DNA from: Nitrospirota bacterium
GTDB taxonomy: Bacteria > Nitrospirota > UBA9217
Reading direction: 5' to 3'
NCBI GenBank assembly: GCA_963796285.1
Contig: CAWCKW010000003.1
Location: 192,001 to 256,000 of the forward strand
DNA length: 64,000 nt
Shown here piece by piece: positions 10,268 to 19,666 of this stretch. The notes beneath the pieces were generated by a model. It saw only the letters and a list, made by a program, of their open reading frames with translations, was not told where the DNA came from and searched no databases. Within the stretch, counting starts at the first letter, position 1. Each line of letters starts with the position of its first letter. A program made the position numbers and the translations under genes.

Positions 10268-12239
10268 ATGAAAGGCTTTAACCGCTTTCTCCTCCAGTTC
10301 CAGCAAGACGTAAAGCAATGGCTGTTCTTCATGCTTTACCTGTCTTTCTTCCGCATCTCCTTTATCCTCTATTTCAGGAGCAAGATCGAACCCGCCACCA
10401 GCCTCTCCGATGTTCTGATGACCGCGCTGAACGGGTTGCGTTACGACTCCATGGTCTCCACCTGGTGGATCCTCCCGGCGTTCCTGGCAGGCATCGCCTA
10501 CGGGGTTCATCAACATCGGGCGATTCACCGACCGCCTGCGCAGCGTTGTCGGCGCTCTCTTCATCGGGTTAACATCCATCGCCTGGGTCTTCACCTTCGT
10601 CTACTTCAAGGAATACAACGAGCAGTTCAACTTTTTTATATTTAACCTGTACTATGACGATACGAAGGCGATCTTGCAGACGATCTGGTCGGATTACCAT
10701 CCCATCCCCGTGCTGATCATCATCGGCGTTCTCTCGACCATCGCCTTCTCCGCGGTACAATTCCTCCTGAAGAGAAGGCCCCGTGCGACGGAGACGATCG
10801 CGGCCCGCCAATTTTCCATTGTCTCACGAATGCTTATTTCCCTGCTCATTCTGGCGCTGCTCATCGTAGCCTCGCGCGGATCGATCGGCCGCAGGCCCGC
10901 GCAGCGCAAGGACGCGGCGATCTCGAAGGACGCCTTCCTGAACAAGTCCGTGGTGAACCCCTACTTCTCGCTTCTCTTCGCAATACAGGACCATGTCCTG
11001 CAGACCGGCCTGGCGGGCCTGGAAACATATTTGCCTGACCGTGACGTACGAAAGGCGGCGCAGGAACTGTTCAACGATCATCGATCATTCGATAACCTCG
11101 ATGCCTATCTGAGAAAGTATGCGAAGGGACCGAAGACCGTGCCGCCGCGCCACATTTTCCTCGTTGTCATGGAGAGCTACGATGCCTGGCCGTTCATCAA
11201 GAAGTACGCCTCCCTCGGCCTGACGGGAAATCTCACCCATCTCGCCGAGAACGGCATTTATTTCGAGAACTTCGTTCCTGCCTCGGACGGCACCATGCAG
11301 TCGCTCACCGCGATCATGACGAGCATCCCCTATACTCATGTTGAGATCAATTATCAGTTCACGGCCCGCAAACCCTATCCTTCGTCGCTGTTCGAGACGT
11401 TCAAGCGACTTGGTTACCGCACGAGGCTGTTCTACGGAGGGTATCTGAGCTGGCAACGATTCGGGGATTTCGCAACAGACCAGGGAGCGGAAGAGGTCTA
11501 CGGCGCGCCGCATATGAGCAAAGGCGTGGCAACCCATGAATGGGGCGTGGACGATGAATACCTGCTCGACTTTATCGCGGGCAAGGTGGATGACAGCCAG
11601 CCGAGCTTCAACCTTATCATGACGACGAGTTACCACCCACCCTATAACGTCGATGTGTGGGGCAAAGGCTTTCCCTTGAAACAGGTACCGCCCGATATCG
11701 CTCCGATGTTCGACAACACCACGAGCCTCAAGATGCTCGGTCACTTATGGTACTCGGACAGATGCCTTGGCGATTTTGTGAGGAAGATCGAAGGCAAACT
11801 ACCCCGAGCGCTCTTTGCGTTCACCGGCGACCACTACGGTCGCAAGTTCATTAATGCCAATCCGGATTATTTTGAGCGGTCCGGGGTCCCCCTGATCCTG
11901 TATGGAAGAGAAGTGCTGCGCGGCATCAAGCTCCCCCGGGGCGCTGCAGGCTCCCATATCGATATCGGACCCACGTTGGTTGAGCTCACAGCTCCGAAAG
12001 GGTTCGAGTACTTTTCGGTCGGACAGGACCTGCTGGCGCCGAGGGAACGGTTTCTGGCCGTCGGTTTCGGGAAGATCATCGGAAAGGACTTCATCTTCGA
12101 TGAGGGAAGAAAGGAGTTCCATCCTCTTCCGGGGAAAACGCTGCCTCAGAACTTGCCTGACATGCAAGAGCTGTTAGCGCTCTACGACCGTACCTATGGC
12201 ATCGGATGGTGGCGGGTGAGACGGGGGAATCAGTTGTAG
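10268..12239 (+). CDS. LTA synthase/sulfatase family membrane protein; one indel near 10503
   Basis: N-terminal TM region (GLRYD) joins ORF 10674..12239 if one G is removed from CGGGGTT. HIFLVVMES, MTTSYHPPY, YSD, TGDH and SHIDIGPT motifs. Confidence 0.85.
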
Positions 12240-12299
12240 AAGAGTGCGACAGAACCCTGCGGTCACTTGAACGGAATATAGGTGCGCGGTCGATAACAC

Positions 12300-12331
12300 A
12301 ACAGCCCCGGCCTGAAGGTCCGGGGCTGTTT
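12300..12331. terminator. Bidirectional intrinsic terminator
   Basis: AACAGCCCCGG / CCGGGGCTGTT hairpin between convergent genes. Confidence 0.7.
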
Positions 12332-12354
12332 GAATGAGTACGCTGCGGATCGAC

Positions 12355-12885
12355 TTACTTCGGAGCCGACAACTTCTTGAGGGCCTCCCTGGCCGAGTCG
12401 GCACCAGGTCCACTCGGCGCCAGTTCAAGATAGCGATTGAACTCCTGTATGGCCTCTGCTTTCCTGTTCAGATCAAAACCCAGCACCACGCCGAGATTGA
12501 GGTGTCCATTCGGAAATTTCGGGTCGATCTTGAGCGCCTTCCGGTACTGCTCCGCTGCCTTGTCGAATTTTCCGATCCCGCGATAGCAGGTCCCCTGGTC
12601 GACCAGTACGGCCACGTTCTTTGGCTCAAGGGCGAGCGCTTTTTCATAGGGATCCACAGCCTCGCCAAAGCGCTGCGCATCCATCAAGGCATTGCCGAGA
12701 TCGATCCAGGCCTTCGCATTCTTTGGCGCCATCTTTGCCGCCTGCTCCATCTGGTCGAGCTGCAATTGCGCCGGCGGTGCCGCTGGCGCATAATTTAGCT
12801 GCTGCTGTTTCTCCTCCTGCTTCTTGCACCCGATGGCCATAAGCATCATGAACGACACGACCGCAACAACAACGATTTTTTTCAT
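12355..12885 (-). CDS. Tetratricopeptide-repeat lipoprotein
   Basis: Lipobox AIGC followed by about 3 TPR units (AWIDLGNAL, YEKALALEP, YRKALKIDP); AAGGAGG RBS. Confidence 0.85.
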   Translation of the reverse strand: MKKIVVVAVVSFMMLMAIGCKKQEEKQQQLNYAPAAPPAQLQLDQMEQAAKMAPKNAKAWIDLGNALMDAQRFGEAVDPYEKALALEPKNVAVLVDQGTCYRGIGKFDKAAEQYRKALKIDPKFPNGHLNLGVVLGFDLNRKAEAIQEFNRYLELAPSGPGADSAREALKKLSAPK

Positions 12886-12962
12886 GCTTCCTCCTTGCCA
12901 CAGTTATATTGCCTCCCATCAAGGGAGAAGAATTACTATGATAGTGCCTGATGTTCCCTGGC

Positions 12963-13280
12963 TTATCTCTTGACGAACGAACAGCAGTAATCGCTCAGCC
13001 TTTTTACTTTCATCGTGAATTTGGAATTGGCGGCCACTGCAAAGGACTCGCCGCCCTTGACCGTCAGCCAATTCTTCTCTCCCGGCAGGAGGACGTCAAG
13101 CTCGCCGGACATGATCTCCATAATCTCCTTGTCAGTCGTGCTGAACTCGTAAACGCCGGGCTGCATCACGCCGAGGGTCTTTTTTGAACCGTCGGGAAAG
13201 ACCACGGTCCTGCTGGTCACCTTGCCGTCGAAATAGACATTTCCTTTTTTGATCACGGTTACGTTCTTAAATTCGGACAT
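12963..13280 (-). CDS. ppnP: Pyrimidine/purine nucleoside phosphorylase (DUF1255)
   Basis: [31 protein letters not shown] and YCCSF motifs. Confidence 0.9.
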   Translation of the reverse strand: MSEFKNVTVIKKGNVYFDGKVTSRTVVFPDGSKKTLGVMQPGVYEFSTTDKEIMEIMSGELDVLLPGEKNWLTVKGGESFAVAANSKFTMKVKRLSDYCCSFVKR

Positions 13281-13540
13281 TGAACCCCCTTTTCAGCCAC
13301 CGATGAATGCTTATAGGATACTATCGATGTTCTCTGGGCAGTTTTGTACCACGTTCTCCTGATTTTGTATAGTATTTTTTACCTGCATCGTCCGTCCCAG
13401 CACCCGGGATTCGATGGATTTCGTGATCCCGTCCTACAGACCCCTGGGGAAGGAAAACGTCGTTGCTGACGTTTACGCAGTTTCTATTGCAGCCAAAACT
13501 AATTATCCTCTCGTGACAAATCTCTCTTGTTTCCCGGAGA

Positions 13541-14458
13541 TTATTTTCGGGGCGACGCTTTTTCAAGGGATGCAGGGCGAATGAACTTTTCGAGCCCTTC
13601 ACGGAACCCTATGGGCTCTATGTTGAAAGCGTCCCGTATGTCGCGCATGGTGCAGACCGTGTCTTCCTGCAGCATGATGAGCTGGTCCGTGGTCACCGGC
13701 GATTTCGGCAGCACGGCTTTGAGTACCGCTGCCATGGACTTCATGAAGAAGAGCGGCAGGTGCAGGGTGGGCCGCTTCACTCCCATGGCATCGGCGATCG
13801 CAACGGTGACTTCCTCGTAGGTCAGCTGGTCCGGCCCGCCGATCTCGTAGATCTCGTTCAAACAGCAATCGCTCGTCACGGCTTTCACGATGCACGTCGC
13901 GACATCGTCGATGAAGATCGGCTGAACCTTTGACTTGCCCGACCCGATGATGGGCAGGACCGGCGATAACCGGATCATCTCCGACAGCCTGATCGTGAAC
14001 TGGTCGCCGGGACCGTAGATGAGCGACGGGCGAAGGATGGTGAAGGAGATCCCGCTCGCGCGCACGAGTTCCTCTGCCGCCCACTTGGACTTGTGATATT
14101 CGCTCTTGGCGTTGGGCCGGGTGCCAAGGGCGCTCTGGTAAAAGAAGTGGCGCACACCGTTCTTTCTCGCCGCATCAAGAAGGTTCCGCGTGCCGTCAAC
14201 ATGCACACTCTGGAATGTCGCGCCCGCGGCCTCCTGGATGATGCCCACGAGATGGACAATGCGCTCAACGCCGATTGTCGCCTTCTCAAGCGAGGCAGGG
14301 TCCGACACATCTCCTTTGACGACATCCACCCCGAGGTCTTTGAGAGCCCGGGCCCTGCCCGGGTCCCTGACGATCGCCCGCACAGGAATGCCCTCCTGAC
14401 GCATGCGCTTGATCAGGTGACTGCCAACGAATCCCGTGCCGCCGGTTACGAGTATCAT
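13541..14458 (-). CDS. NAD(P)-dependent epimerase/atypical SDR (NDUFA9-like)
   Basis: ILVTGGTGFVG, YHKSK, ILRPSLIYG and QPIFIDDVA motifs. Confidence 0.88.
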   Translation of the reverse strand: MILVTGGTGFVGSHLIKRMRQEGIPVRAIVRDPGRARALKDLGVDVVKGDVSDPASLEKATIGVERIVHLVGIIQEAAGATFQSVHVDGTRNLLDAARKNGVRHFFYQSALGTRPNAKSEYHKSKWAAEELVRASGISFTILRPSLIYGPGDQFTIRLSEMIRLSPVLPIIGSGKSKVQPIFIDDVATCIVKAVTSDCCLNEIYEIGGPDQLTYEEVTVAIADAMGVKRPTLHLPLFFMKSMAAVLKAVLPKSPVTTDQLIMLQEDTVCTMRDIRDAFNIEPIGFREGLEKFIRPASLEKASPRK

Positions 14459-14589
14459 AGAGAACCCCCGTGAACGTCATTTTTTCGAGGCAAAGGAAGA
14501 CAGGAAGAGATCGCCGATGTTACCGTTTCAAAACCACACAGGCCTGTTTCATCATACATTAAGCAAAACCGGACCGAACGTCATTCTTT

Positions 14590-14655
14590 GACGGGATTAA
14601 AGCATAACGATGGATAAAAACTTACATCAATTCCTGTTGACCCTGTTATCCCGTC
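14590..14655. repeat. GACxGGATT-type intergenic palindrome
   Basis: GACGGGAT (14590-14597) / ATCCCGTC (14648-14655) arms, with CCTGTT units repeated in the right arm. Confidence 0.45.
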
Positions 14656-14692
14656 TGAAAAGGTTTTGCTTTTTCAGTTCTCATATGAACAA

Positions 14693-17599
14693 TTAAAACA
14701 ACGACGGCATCCAGAGCGACACATAGACTTGCGACTCGCCTTTGTCGTCAAATCCGTGTGCAAATACGATTCGGAACGTGATCGGGAGATAGTATGTCAG
14801 GTTTGTGTCGAGCCGGACCTCGGCGCCGGCAGATCGTTTGAAATCCCTGCTGCGGAAAGCGTTGTCCCAGGCGTTGCCGGCTTCGGCAAATATCGCACCG
14901 TGGACGCGGCGTAAAAAGATGGGAGCGCTGCTCCAGCCCAGCTCGATGTCCTTGATCGGGAACCGGTACTCGAGGCTTGCGAGACCTGCCTTTCTACCCC
15001 GAAATTCATTGATCCGGTAGCCGCGCAAATAGACCGACTCGTCATCAACCTGTATTAACGTGTCACCAGGATTATCGCCGCCGACTTGAAACGCACCCTG
15101 GGGCATCACATCCCCGGCCGAGTTCCCGGCAAAGGCCCGGACCTGGAGTACGTGGTGTTTCCAGGGAAAGTTGATGTACTCATGCCAGTCTGCCGTATAC
15201 TTGGTGATGTCGAAATCGCTGCCGATTGATTTATCGTAACGTGTATACCCTACTTCGATGGTCCTGCCGTCCTCCGGGCTGATGGAAAAACCATACTTTT
15301 TTGCGTTGTTGAAGAGATAAACGGCTCGGCCCGACGCCAGAGTGCCCTCGGAGGGAAGGGGACCGCTGTAACCCGGCCAGGGCGGGAGCTTGGTAAGCGC
15401 TGAAATTTCTTTCCTCCGGTACCCGATGAGCAGCTCGTGCTGTTTCTGCAACTTGAGCAGGGGAAACACGAGCGATGCATCAAGGGTCTTCTCACGCTGC
15501 ACATAATCCTTTGACCCGGTCGCATCGATCAGCAGATCGCTGAACGTACCATCCACATCCGATGCCGCGACCTGGATGGTCGGGTACAGCCCGTCATAGG
15601 CATAATTGAACTCATACCACGTGCGGTATGTTTTGGGGCTGTAGAGGCCGGCCAATGAATAGGAGTGGCGTTCGACCGCGTCCTGGCCGAACGTCAGAAA
15701 CCCGAAAAGCCAGCGGCTTTCTTCACTATACCCGTACCAGGGAATCCAGAAGCGCGGGACAAGCGTAGGGAAGGGATTATACGTGCTCGTTTTCATTTCA
15801 ACCGGTTTCTCTGCATAGGTGACGACAGGATGCCGGTCCTGGTAGGGTTCCGCCGATTTCCACGAAGCGGAGTCCGCAGGTCTCAGGTGAATGTCATATC
15901 CTGCGGAGCTGTATGACGAGAAAATGAGCGTTTTTCCGTCCGGCGAGGGGGCGGGCGTGAATGCGCCGCCAAGTACATTCGTTATCTGGTAGATCTTCTT
16001 TGTTGCAAGTTCAAGGCGTAGAGGTTGAAAATGCCGGTACGGTCCGAGGAGAAATAGATGATCTTGCCATCGGGACTCCACGTAGCGTTGCCGTCGATCG
16101 CGCGGTCGTGCATCAGTTCTTCGATCTTGTTTCCCCGATTGTCGAGGACCCAGATATCCTTGTAGCCGCCCGGCTGCCATACGCCCATAACGATCATGGG
16201 CCCCATCCGGACTGTACCGCGGCGTTTCATATTGGTCCGCGCTCTCTTCAGTAAGCCAGGTGATGTCCTTTTCGCGCGCCGGCCCGTGGAGCTTTCCGTG
16301 GTAATATCGAGCGAGCGCGAGCCGGTTCCTGCCGAGCTGGTTCATTACAAAGATGAGCTTCTTGCCGTCCGGCGAAGGATAGGGGTCGCGGGCGCGGAGC
16401 CCATCAGTAATGCGTAGTTCCTTGTTCTTCTTCAGATCGAAATAATAAATATCGTTATAGATGTTCGTGTTCCTGACGGTAATCGAATTTTGGTATAGTA
16501 AATACCGCTGCCATCGGGGCTCCACGCGATGCTTTCACCCGAGGAGGTCGAGGAGGTCGTGTTCTCGACCAGCTTGCGGTCTCCGGTTCCGTCCGCGTTC
16601 ATGATATAGATGGCGGGGAATTCGTCATCATTTGAGACAGCATAGGCGATGCTCTTCCCATCAGGTGAGAAAGCAGGCGAGACGTTCACGTACCCGCGCC
16701 GGGTAAGGGCAAGCGAAGCCGTCAGGCCTTTTGCGTTCAATTCCTCCTGCATTTTTGTCGTAGCGTACCTTCAGCTCGTTTTGCCATTCGTCCCAGAGGT
16801 CGCTGTACCACTCGCCCAGCGTCCAGCGACCATTCGTATCCACAAGCCAGGGAATGCCGTAACCTGCTGTAGCGCCTGGAAATGTCGGCGAGCTTTTCCC
16901 TTCCGTACTTATCCGCGATAAAGCGGGTAAAGCCTTCGCCGAAGAGGTAGGGGACCTCGCCCGAGGGCCAGAAATCGGGGAAGACCGTGGCCTGGGAGAG
17001 GCGCGGGAACCGGTCCTCGAGCACTGCCATGCGAATGATCATCTCCGATCCGGGCGAACGGCCGCGGCCACCGGGGGTTTGCTCGGTCTCCTCGTACACG
17101 GCAAGCCCTTCGATCATCCAGATGGGCTCGAAGAGGTTCGGAAAGTAGAGTCGGCCAAAGATATACTGGAGAAAATCGGTACAGCCGTGGACCATGTCGA
17201 GATGAAGAATGTGCGTGTACTCGTGCGTGATGAGCGTCCGCATCCACTCGTCGTAAGCCGTAGTTCCGAAACCCGGAGCGCCGATGGGCGGCGTGAGGAT
17301 ACAGCGTAATATGGTTATAGGGAAACGGCGTGGTCAGATCCGTTCGTATCATCCATGGCGTCGACAAGGACCGATGGCGTCCTGCCGGTCGGGTCCCACT
17401 TGATGCGCGGGACGAGCCGATCATGCACGTCCTCGGCGATCACCGCAGTTCGCTTCGCGATCTCCTCTTCACCCTGGTGATAGTGGATGGAAAAGTGCGG
17501 GGTCTCGAGCGTGGTCCAGGTGAACGAGGGGTCGAACTTGGCGAAAGCAGGCGAGATGCTGAACAGGAGAACCAAGAAGAGGAATACAATCTTTTTCAA
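14693..17599 (-). CDS. Outer-membrane protein: HExxH peptidase-like domain, PD40/TolB-like propeller and BamA/TamA-like barrel; several frameshifts
   Basis: Assembled from ORF fragments: signal peptide and WTTLETPHFSIHY (17315..17599), ITHEYTH...WMIEGLA (16737..17243), SPDG repeats (16432..16752, 15982..16230), YLRGY...SLEYRFP barrel with terminal F (14693). Confidence 0.8.
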
Positions 17600-17659
17600 G
17601 GGGGCCCTCCGAAACAGGATTTGAACAACACCAAAATCATATCAGACCCCGATTCGAAG

Positions 17660-18394
17660 TCAAGGGAATAGTTTCGGTGTTCCTGTTGTACTGACAGCCT
17701 GTTTTGCCACATCCCGCCTGATCTGGTACCGTCCGACAAGGATGACCGCCGCGGCGCAAGCGATCTCGACAGAATAGAGGATCAGCGGTGTCGGCGTGAT
17801 GAACCGGCTGATGATCGGATCGGTCATGATCATCTGGCCGCCGATCTTGCCGAGGAGGGCGGCGCCGATGTAGATGATGATCGGATAGTTGTCCATGAGC
17901 CTGGAGATCAGAGTGCTGGTGAACACAATGAAGGGGATGCTCAGCCCCAGGCCGAAGAGGAGGAGAAAGAAATTCCCGTTCGAGGCCGCGCCCACGGCCA
18001 GCATATTGTCGAGGGCCATGGTGATGTCGGCGATCACGATCAGCCGGATGGCGTGCCACAACGTGACAGCCTCCTTATGGATGTCCACTGCTTCTTCGTC
18101 TTCGACAAAGAGCTTGATGGCGATCCAAACGATGACGATGCCGCCGATGAGCTTGACGTAGCTGACGGTGAGCATTTGCGCAACGAAAAAGGTCAGCACG
18201 ACCCGAAGCAGCACGGCCGCGATCGAGCCGTAGATGATGCCTTTCCCGCGTTGTTCCTTTGGGAGCGTTCGCACGGCCATGGCGATGACCACGGCGTTGT
18301 CGCCGGCCAGGAGGAGATCGATGAGGACGATGCTGAAAAGAGAAGAGAGAAAGGCCCAGTCCCACTGGATCGTGCCGAGTACTTCGAAATTCAA
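17660..18394 (-). CDS. TerC family (YjbE-like) membrane protein
   Basis: IDLLLAGDNAVVIAMA, IADITMALDNMLAV and FGLGLSIP motifs. Start placed at TTG 18394 after GGGAG. Confidence 0.9.
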   Translation of the reverse strand: MNFEVLGTIQWDWAFLSSLFSIVLIDLLLAGDNAVVIAMAVRTLPKEQRGKGIIYGSIAAVLLRVVLTFFVAQMLTVSYVKLIGGIVIVWIAIKLFVEDEEAVDIHKEAVTLWHAIRLIVIADITMALDNMLAVGAASNGNFFLLLFGLGLSIPFIVFTSTLISRLMDNYPIIIYIGAALLGKIGGQMIMTDPIISRFITPTPLILYSVEIACAAAVILVGRYQIRRDVAKQAVSTTGTPKLFP

Positions 18395-18410
18395 GTGCTG
18401 CTCCCTGGAG

Positions 18411-18442
18411 AAAAAATGATGGGAAGGCACGTGCCTTCCCAT
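18411..18442 (-). promoter_or_regulatory. Perfect 24-bp palindrome with T run upstream of terC (terminator, attenuator or operator)
   Basis: ATGGGAAGGCACGTGCCTTCCCAT at 18419-18442, followed by CATTTTTT on the minus strand. Confidence 0.5.
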
Positions 18443-18512
18443 GTTGTGTCATGAGTATACCACCGACAATGGCTTTTTGACTACGGCTATCTGGTGTTCA
18501 TCAAACAATGCA

Positions 18513-19208
18513 TTATCGGGATCGATGATCGAGTGAAGCGGAGTCCGTCGTCTTCTGCAGGTCCACGATCTTTTTTCTGACATCCTGTGCCCGGATGTCA
18601 GCCCCAATCCCCATGAAGAAGAGCATCACGCCGATCAGTCCGAAGACCACCCATGCCCTCGTGAACTCGATCCCGTGTACCGTTCTGCTGATCAGGACGT
18701 AGAGGTACGTGAGCAGGGCAACGGACACCACGAGGCCCGCGTAGGGGATGGCCAGGAGCAGCGTCGTGATCGGCATGAACGCCGCGAGATAGGCCACGCA
18801 GCAGTAGGCGGTCTCGTAGGATTCACGGGACCCCATTATTTTCCAGACGGCAAACACGAGACCGGCGCCGGCAAAACCGAGTACGGCATAGGCCAGAGGA
18901 TAGAGCATGATTGAGGCGATCGCCATCCCGGTGCTCAGGATCGGGGTGTGCGAAAGCTCGGCGAATGGATAGAGAACAATGGATACCATCATCATGCCGG
19001 TGCTGAAGATGGGGTTCGATGCCACGTCGAACAGGCCGAGCGCGGCGGTGACCAGTCCGTTGATCACGCCCATCATCACCATGAACGCAAGCGGCAGGGA
19101 AAAACCTCCGCTCTTCGGCATCTCCCGAAAGAACGCTGCCGGAGATGTTATGACCTTGACCGCAGTTTGCATGAGCGCCGTAACCGTAACAGACGTTTTC
19201 TTCTCCAT
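18513..19208 (-). CDS. Yip1 family membrane protein
   Basis: VITSPAAFFREMP, multiple TM helices, SYETAY..VAY, VHGI...RAW; GGAGG RBS. Confidence 0.82.
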   Translation of the reverse strand: MEKKTSVTVTALMQTAVKVITSPAAFFREMPKSGGFSLPLAFMVMMGVINGLVTAALGLFDVASNPIFSTGMMMVSIVLYPFAELSHTPILSTGMAIASIMLYPLAYAVLGFAGAGLVFAVWKIMGSRESYETAYCCVAYLAAFMPITTLLLAIPYAGLVVSVALLTYLYVLISRTVHGIEFTRAWVVFGLIGVMLFFMGIGADIRAQDVRKKIVDLQKTTDSASLDHRSR

Positions 19209-19666
19209 AACGATTCCTCCCCTGAGTATTATTGCGCACTGATACAGATCGCGCTGAGATGGATACGTGAAAAAAATAGCCGTACGATGAACCTGGAGCC
19301 GCTGCCGGTAAGAACAGGTTGCTTGTCAGGATCGTGGTGCCTGGTTCCGACCGTATGAATCTGTCGAGAGAAAAAAATACAGACCGCCAGTCCGTGGCGT
19401 AATGCCAGCCAGAATTCACTACTGTCTTCCGTTTATTACGTGCGTATACGTTCCTTCTATCCTCAATTGATATCGAACCGGTTCCTTGCGTGCTGAAAAC
19501 AGTGTAGTTCCATGGCAAATCCGCCGCATCATATCATCTCACGTGAACAGGAACAATCCTTGCCGACGTCACATTATACTCTAAATGCGTATTGATTAAA
19601 AAAAATTTTCAACAATAACATGTCGTTATGTCTATTTATAACTTTACAAGTTATGAAGTTAGGTCT

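Noticed and set aside
8219-17599. Programmed frameshifting or pseudogenisation of the ABC-F, LTA-synthase-like and BamA-like genes
   Set aside because: Single-base indels, mostly in short homopolymers, are scattered over many unrelated genes with intact motifs, which is best explained by sequencing error.
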